A stretch of DNA of 64,000 bases from IMG/VR virus record IMGVR_UViG_3300037483_001670, positions 1-64,000 of that record, one strand, 5' to 3'. Positions 60,381 to 64,000 of the stretch are shown here, in pieces. Each line of letters starts with the position of its first letter. Position 1 is the first letter of the stretch. Below the pieces are notes generated by a model. That model searched no databases. It was given only the letters and a program-made list of their open reading frames with translations, and had not been told where the DNA came from. The translations under genes and the position numbers were made by a program. The DNA is from a virus.

Positions 60381-61873
60381 GCGGAGATGCGGACCTTGCT
60401 GCTGCTGTTCCGGGCGCCGAGCCGGCGCCTGAGTTTCGGGTCACGCGCAACACGACGCGGTTCGAGATCGATCTGCGCGCGATGTCCGATCGTCTCAACG
60501 CGAAGCGAGAGAAGGGCCAGAAGCGCGTCATGGGGCCCGAAGAGAAGGAGCTCCGCGGTGCGCTCGAGAACGTGGCGCGGCTTGCGACGACGGCGCGCAA
60601 CGTGGCGATGCGCGCGAACGAGCGACGGGACGCCGAGGCGCTCGATCGCTACTTGCTCGAGCATGGGGCGATGCCGCGGAAGATGGCCGGCATCTTTGCC
60701 CCGGTCCGGAAGTCGGGCGTCGACACCGGCGGGCACGAGGTTTACTCCTACCCGCTGATGCGCCGGGCGTGCCCCGAGCTCTCGACCAACATGGTGGCCA
60801 CGCTCCAGAAGGACGTGGACGGCAAGTGGGTGCAGGAGCGCTACGACGTGCTCGTGCGGCAGACGCGCAGCCGGCCGCACTTCAAGATGGGGCAGCCGTT
60901 CCCGATCCCGGCGGCCTCGCTCAATCTCAAGGCGGCGGGCGATTCCCTGCTCTTGTCGATGGCGTTCTACTCGCAGTCGCACGAGGGGACTCGTCGGTTC
61001 ACGGTGCCGATGCGTCCGCGGGACGACCACCAGACGAACATCCTGGCGCGCATCGCGTCGGGCGAGTGGAAGCACGGCCAGGCCGTCTTCGAGCAGGACC
61101 GACTCCGTCCGTGGAAATGGTACGTGCGGCTCGCGTACAAGCGGCTCATCCCGAAGGCCCGGCAAGGGATCGCGGCCGGCATCAACCGCGGCTGCCGGGC
61201 GATGATCGCGGCGTGGACCGAGACCGGCGAGGCGTGGATCTACGACGGCCAGGACATCGAGGCCTACCTGAAGCAGATGCAGGCGAGGCGTCGTCGGTTC
61301 CAGAACGCGTCGAAGGCGTCGGGCCGGCACGGCCATGGTCGAGCTCGCATGCTCCGGCCGACGGAGGCGCTCGAGGGCAAGGCGCAGCGCTACCGGCAGA
61401 CGCGCTGCCAGGTCATCGCCCGCCGCCTCGCGCGCTGGCTTTTCGAGCGGCACGTCAACATCGTCTACATCGAGGACTTCGGCGGCATCCGCGACGGCTT
61501 GCCCGAGAACCTCGAAGGCGGCAAGTACGTTTGGGACCGCATCCAGGAGTGGCCGTATTCCCAGCTCCAGATGCGTCTCGTGGCGTGTCTCGAGGAGCTC
61601 GGCATCGAGGCCACGTCGGTCAGCGCGTCGTACATTTCGCAGACGTGTCCCGCGTGCGGACACACCGCGGAAGCGAACCGCGATTGGAAGTTCTGGCGGT
61701 TCAAGTGTACCGCGCCGGGCTGCAAGTATCGGCGGCACCTCGACGTGGCGGCCGCGCAAAACGTTTGCGCGAGAGGCAAGGCAACGACGGCGGAAGGGGT
61801 CAGCGAAAACGCGGCGTTGCCGAACGGCCCGAAGGGCTCGAAGCGAACCGCTCGCAAACCTAGGCGTAAGTAG
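60083..61873 (+). CDS. cas12: Compact TnpB/Cas12f-like type V effector with RuvC-I D-to-N substitution; true start uncertain, core about 480 aa
   Basis: AAGINRG (RuvC-I), VYIEDF (RuvC-II), SQTCPACGH..FKCTAPGC zinc finger, HLDVAAAQNV (RuvC-III); stop codon 28 bp before the array. Confidence 0.88.
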   Translation: MSNRRTAVARSASLPYGSTPRPLGDEAGEHDGPRAEEASSPALAIKSHVGASVPTFPLVIDSKELIVGLGDNRGQVLEGPTLSNQPTSDTPTHPPAREEGGDADLAAAVPGAEPAPEFRVTRNTTRFEIDLRAMSDRLNAKREKGQKRVMGPEEKELRGALENVARLATTARNVAMRANERRDAEALDRYLLEHGAMPRKMAGIFAPVRKSGVDTGGHEVYSYPLMRRACPELSTNMVATLQKDVDGKWVQERYDVLVRQTRSRPHFKMGQPFPIPAASLNLKAAGDSLLLSMAFYSQSHEGTRRFTVPMRPRDDHQTNILARIASGEWKHGQAVFEQDRLRPWKWYVRLAYKRLIPKARQGIAAGINRGCRAMIAAWTETGEAWIYDGQDIEAYLKQMQARRRRFQNASKASGRHGHGRARMLRPTEALEGKAQRYRQTRCQVIARRLARWLFERHVNIVYIEDFGGIRDGLPENLEGGKYVWDRIQEWPYSQLQMRLVACLEELGIEATSVSASYISQTCPACGHTAEANRDWKFWRFKCTAPGCKYRRHLDVAAAQNVCARGKATTAEGVSENAALPNGPKGSKRTARKPRRK

Positions 61874-61901
61874 TGGAAAGTGTTGCTGTGCGGAACGAGC
61901 C

Positions 61902-62824
61902 GTCGGAACGAGTGAAGAATGCAGTGGGAGTTGGAGGAGCATCATCCAAAGCGCCAAGATCGATTGGGCCGATCTGTCGGAACGAGTGAAGAATGCAGTG
62001 GGAGTTGGAGGTTAATCCGCACTTACGCCCGTCGACGACCGATGGGCCGCGTCGGAACGAGTGAAGAATGCAGTGGGAGTTGGAGGTTGGAAGTCGGCGC
62101 TCTTCACGTCGATTCCAGCGGTAGGTCGGAACGAGTGAAGAATGCAGTGGGAGTTGGAGGAACCACCCCAACGACGACGTCGACTTTTCGATCAAGGTCG
62201 GAACGAGTGAAGAATGCAGTGGGAGTTGGAGGGTGCACGCGGTCTCGAAACATATGAATCGCACTTCGGCGGTCGGAACGAGTGAAGAATGCAGTGGGAG
62301 TTGGAGGGCGTCCCGATACGTCACCACGATCGAACTCTGCGCCGTCGGAACGAGTGAAGAATGCAGTGGGAGTTGGAGGAACATAGCGACGCGCGCAAAC
62401 TACGGTTGCATGCTCGCGTGTCGGAACGAGTGAAGAATGCAGTGGGAGTTGGAGGCAGATCCAGCAGTCGAAGACTAAGACACCTGTTGAGATGGTCGGA
62501 ACGAGTGAAGAATGCAGTGGGAGTTGGAGGGACGTTGCTCGGGGCTGCTCTCGACGCACAGGGCGTCGGAACGAGTGAAGAATGCAGTGGGAGTTGGAGG
62601 CCGGTGATGCGTGAGCGGCCGCTCGGCTCGTGCGAGGTCGGAACGAGTGAAGAATGCAGTGGGAGTTGGAGGCGTATGAGAGAAATACAACCGCACCGCG
62701 CCAAACCCAGGTTCGTCGGAACGAGTGAAGAATGCAGTGGGAGTTGGAGGTTGGCACGGGGCTTATCGTCGTCCGACGCTTCGCGGCGGTCGGAACGAGT
62801 GAAGAATGCAGTGGGAGTTGGAGG
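61902..62824 (+). CRISPR. CRISPR array: 13 identical 36-bp repeats GTCGGAACGAGTGAAGAATGCAGTGGGAGTTGGAGG and 12 unique spacers of 34-42 bp
   Basis: Repeats start at 61902, 61976, 62051, 62125, 62197, 62272, 62344, 62420, 62495, 62565, 62637, 62715 and 62789. Orientation inferred from decay at the distal end. Confidence 0.98.
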
Positions 62825-62864
62825 CTAGAAGGCCAAGTGGATCCCCGCCCGTAGCGCGCGTAGG

Positions 62865-63191
62865 GTCGGAGCGAAGCGCAGTGGAAGTTTGGAGGAACGC
62901 TGGTAACCATCTCGCTGTTGTTACCAACTTTGCCGGAGCGAGCGCAAAAACGCAGTGGAAGTTGGAGGATGGGCTGCCTGCCGTGAGCTGATTAGCTGGC
63001 CCGCGGGCCCGGAACGAGTGAAGAATGCAGTGGGAGTTGGAGGCGGCAGCATTCACCCTATTGACGACGTGAGTGCCCGACGGAAATGAGCGAAGATGTT
63101 GTGGGAGTTTGGAGGTCCGGTTCGATACGTGTCGTTCGATGGAGCTGGAGGTCAAACGGAGGTCGCGAAAAGAGGCAGTGGGAGTTGGAGG
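62865..63191 (+). CRISPR. Degenerate trailer of the array, about 6 units
   Basis: Decayed repeats at 62865..62895 and 62932..62968, near-perfect at 63008..63043, remnants ending 63115, 63151 and 63191. Confidence 0.85.
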
Positions 63192-63222
63192 ACCGTGTCC
63201 ATGGATTTCTCAGGTGCAGTCG

Positions 63223-63642
63223 ATGAAAAAGTCAACCAAGAGACGTGAAGCGCGGCCGTCGCGCGTGGAGCTGATCGACGTCGTGCGCGAACTGCTCCTG
63301 GGCGTGCGCCTCACGCGTCAGACGGTCATGCGCATGGGCGTGTCGTCAGCAACCGCGGACCGCTGGCTCGAGATTATCCTCAGCAAGATCCCGCGGGTCG
63401 TGAAGATGCGCAGCGGCAACACGTCGGCGTACGAGTGGCGTGGGCACCTGGTCGTTCCGAAGCCGACGGAGTTTCATGTGGATCCCGAGAACGGGAGCGA
63501 CGACAACTCAGGCACGAGCATCGCGCCGTTCAAGACGTTCGCGAAGTTGAACAGCGTGCTTCGGCAGGGCCCAATGGTGTACCCAGGCGGGCTGACGATC
63601 AACCTGCCGAGCGTCAACGTATCGAAGCGGAAGCGTCGGTAG
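63223..63642 (+). CDS. Winged-HTH-like protein between two decayed repeat tracts
   Basis: LTRQTVMRMGVSSATADRWLEII followed by beta-wing-like VVKMRSGNTSAYEW. Confidence 0.6.
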   Translation: MKKSTKRREARPSRVELIDVVRELLLGVRLTRQTVMRMGVSSATADRWLEIILSKIPRVVKMRSGNTSAYEWRGHLVVPKPTEFHVDPENGSDDNSGTSIAPFKTFAKLNSVLRQGPMVYPGGLTINLPSVNVSKRKRR

Positions 63643-63660
63643 TGGAATTGGTGGCTGGCA

Positions 63661-63927
63661 GCGTGGGAGTTTTGGAGGCGCATGATGGCGAACCCGTAGC
63701 AGTTGCGTCGGCTGTGAAGAATGGAAGCGTGGAAGCTGGAGGTCGGGACTTTCTCGAGGGTTTGGGAGTTGGAGGCATGTAGTCGTCGATTACCGCGTGG
63801 GAAGTTGGAGGCATATACTCTCGCGTGCCGGCGGGAGCGGAGGAACCGTGGACCATTGGTGGTTCCGCCAGGGTGCGTGAAGCTGGAGGCAATGAGGTCG
63901 AAATCGGAAGGCTGGGAGCCATGGAGG
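63661..63927 (+). repeat. Second cluster of about 6 degenerate CRISPR-repeat units
   Basis: E.g. GTCGGCTGTGAAGAATGGAAGCGTGGAAGCTGGAGG (63707..63742), TGGGAGTTGGAGG (63763..63775), GCGTGGGAAGTTGGAGG (63795..63811). Confidence 0.8.
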
Positions 63928-64000
63928 AACGAGGGCGTCCGGCTGCGTGTTGCGTCTGCCAACGTACGCAGCACGACGACGGGTCGAGCGTGACGTGGAA

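Noticed and set aside
60083-61873. Plain IS200/IS605 or IS607 TnpB transposon
   Set aside because: No tnpA or serine recombinase and no recognisable IS ends; a bona fide spacer-containing array is adjacent.
62087-62124. Self-target of spacer 3 near 30258 (CGCTCTTCACG)
   Set aside because: Only 11 nt match, expected by chance in high-GC sequence. A full computational self-target search was not possible.
60149-62910. Long ORFs on either strand running through the effector antisense and the CRISPR array (e.g. 60149..61957, 62104..62910)
   Set aside because: Shadow frames of high-GC DNA and translated repeats; no protein-like content.
59609-63927. CRISPR-associated transposon (Cas12k-type)
   Set aside because: No tnsB/tnsC/tniQ in the window; cannot exclude genes beyond 64000.
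1-64000. Assignment of host taxon (e.g. Myxococcota) or virus family
   Set aside because: High GC and gene style are only suggestive; no capsid, terminase, polymerase or marker gene is recognisable in this window.

Overview
High-GC window that looks like part of a large bacterial virus or virus-like element. I saw no host housekeeping genes, rRNA or complete tRNA. Genes are dense, co-oriented in long blocks and often overlap by 1-4 nt. Layout: (1) 1-9.8 kb: block of paralogous Pro-rich proteins with an N-terminal MSY..G[LF]G motif and a single transmembrane anchor followed by a basic tail, including peptidoglycan-binding domains, plus a zinc-finger/J-domain protein and a DUF2935 protein; probably structural proteins of a membrane-containing virion (inference). 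(2) 10.2-22.6 kb: sugar-modification cluster (GT4-like x3, GT2-like x3, DegT aminotransferase, GNAT) plus a dual-specificity phosphatase, followed by a membrane-anchored lytic transglycosylase. (3) 24.8-42.5 kb: leftward block of small phage/ICE-type genes (DUF4031, DUF3560, HNH, RadC, DUF7007-like). (4) a divergence region near 42.5-43.5 kb with a duplicated palindromic element. (5) 43.6-60 kb: rightward block (lipoproteins, ComM-like ATPase, SprT-like protein, a Toprim protein carrying a 358-aa LAGLIDADG intein, LuxR-type HTH). (6) 60-64 kb: a compact TnpB/Cas12f-like type V effector whose RuvC-I catalytic Asp is replaced by Asn. It is preceded by a tracrRNA-like structured region and followed by a 13-repeat CRISPR array with a long decayed tail. 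No cas1/cas2 is present in the window. Derivatives of the same repeat recur about 52 kb away at 10.0-10.1 kb. The best candidate for an undescribed system is this virus-encoded, probably nuclease-dead type V locus with dispersed repeat-like units. All family assignments come from motif recognition by eye, not from database searches.
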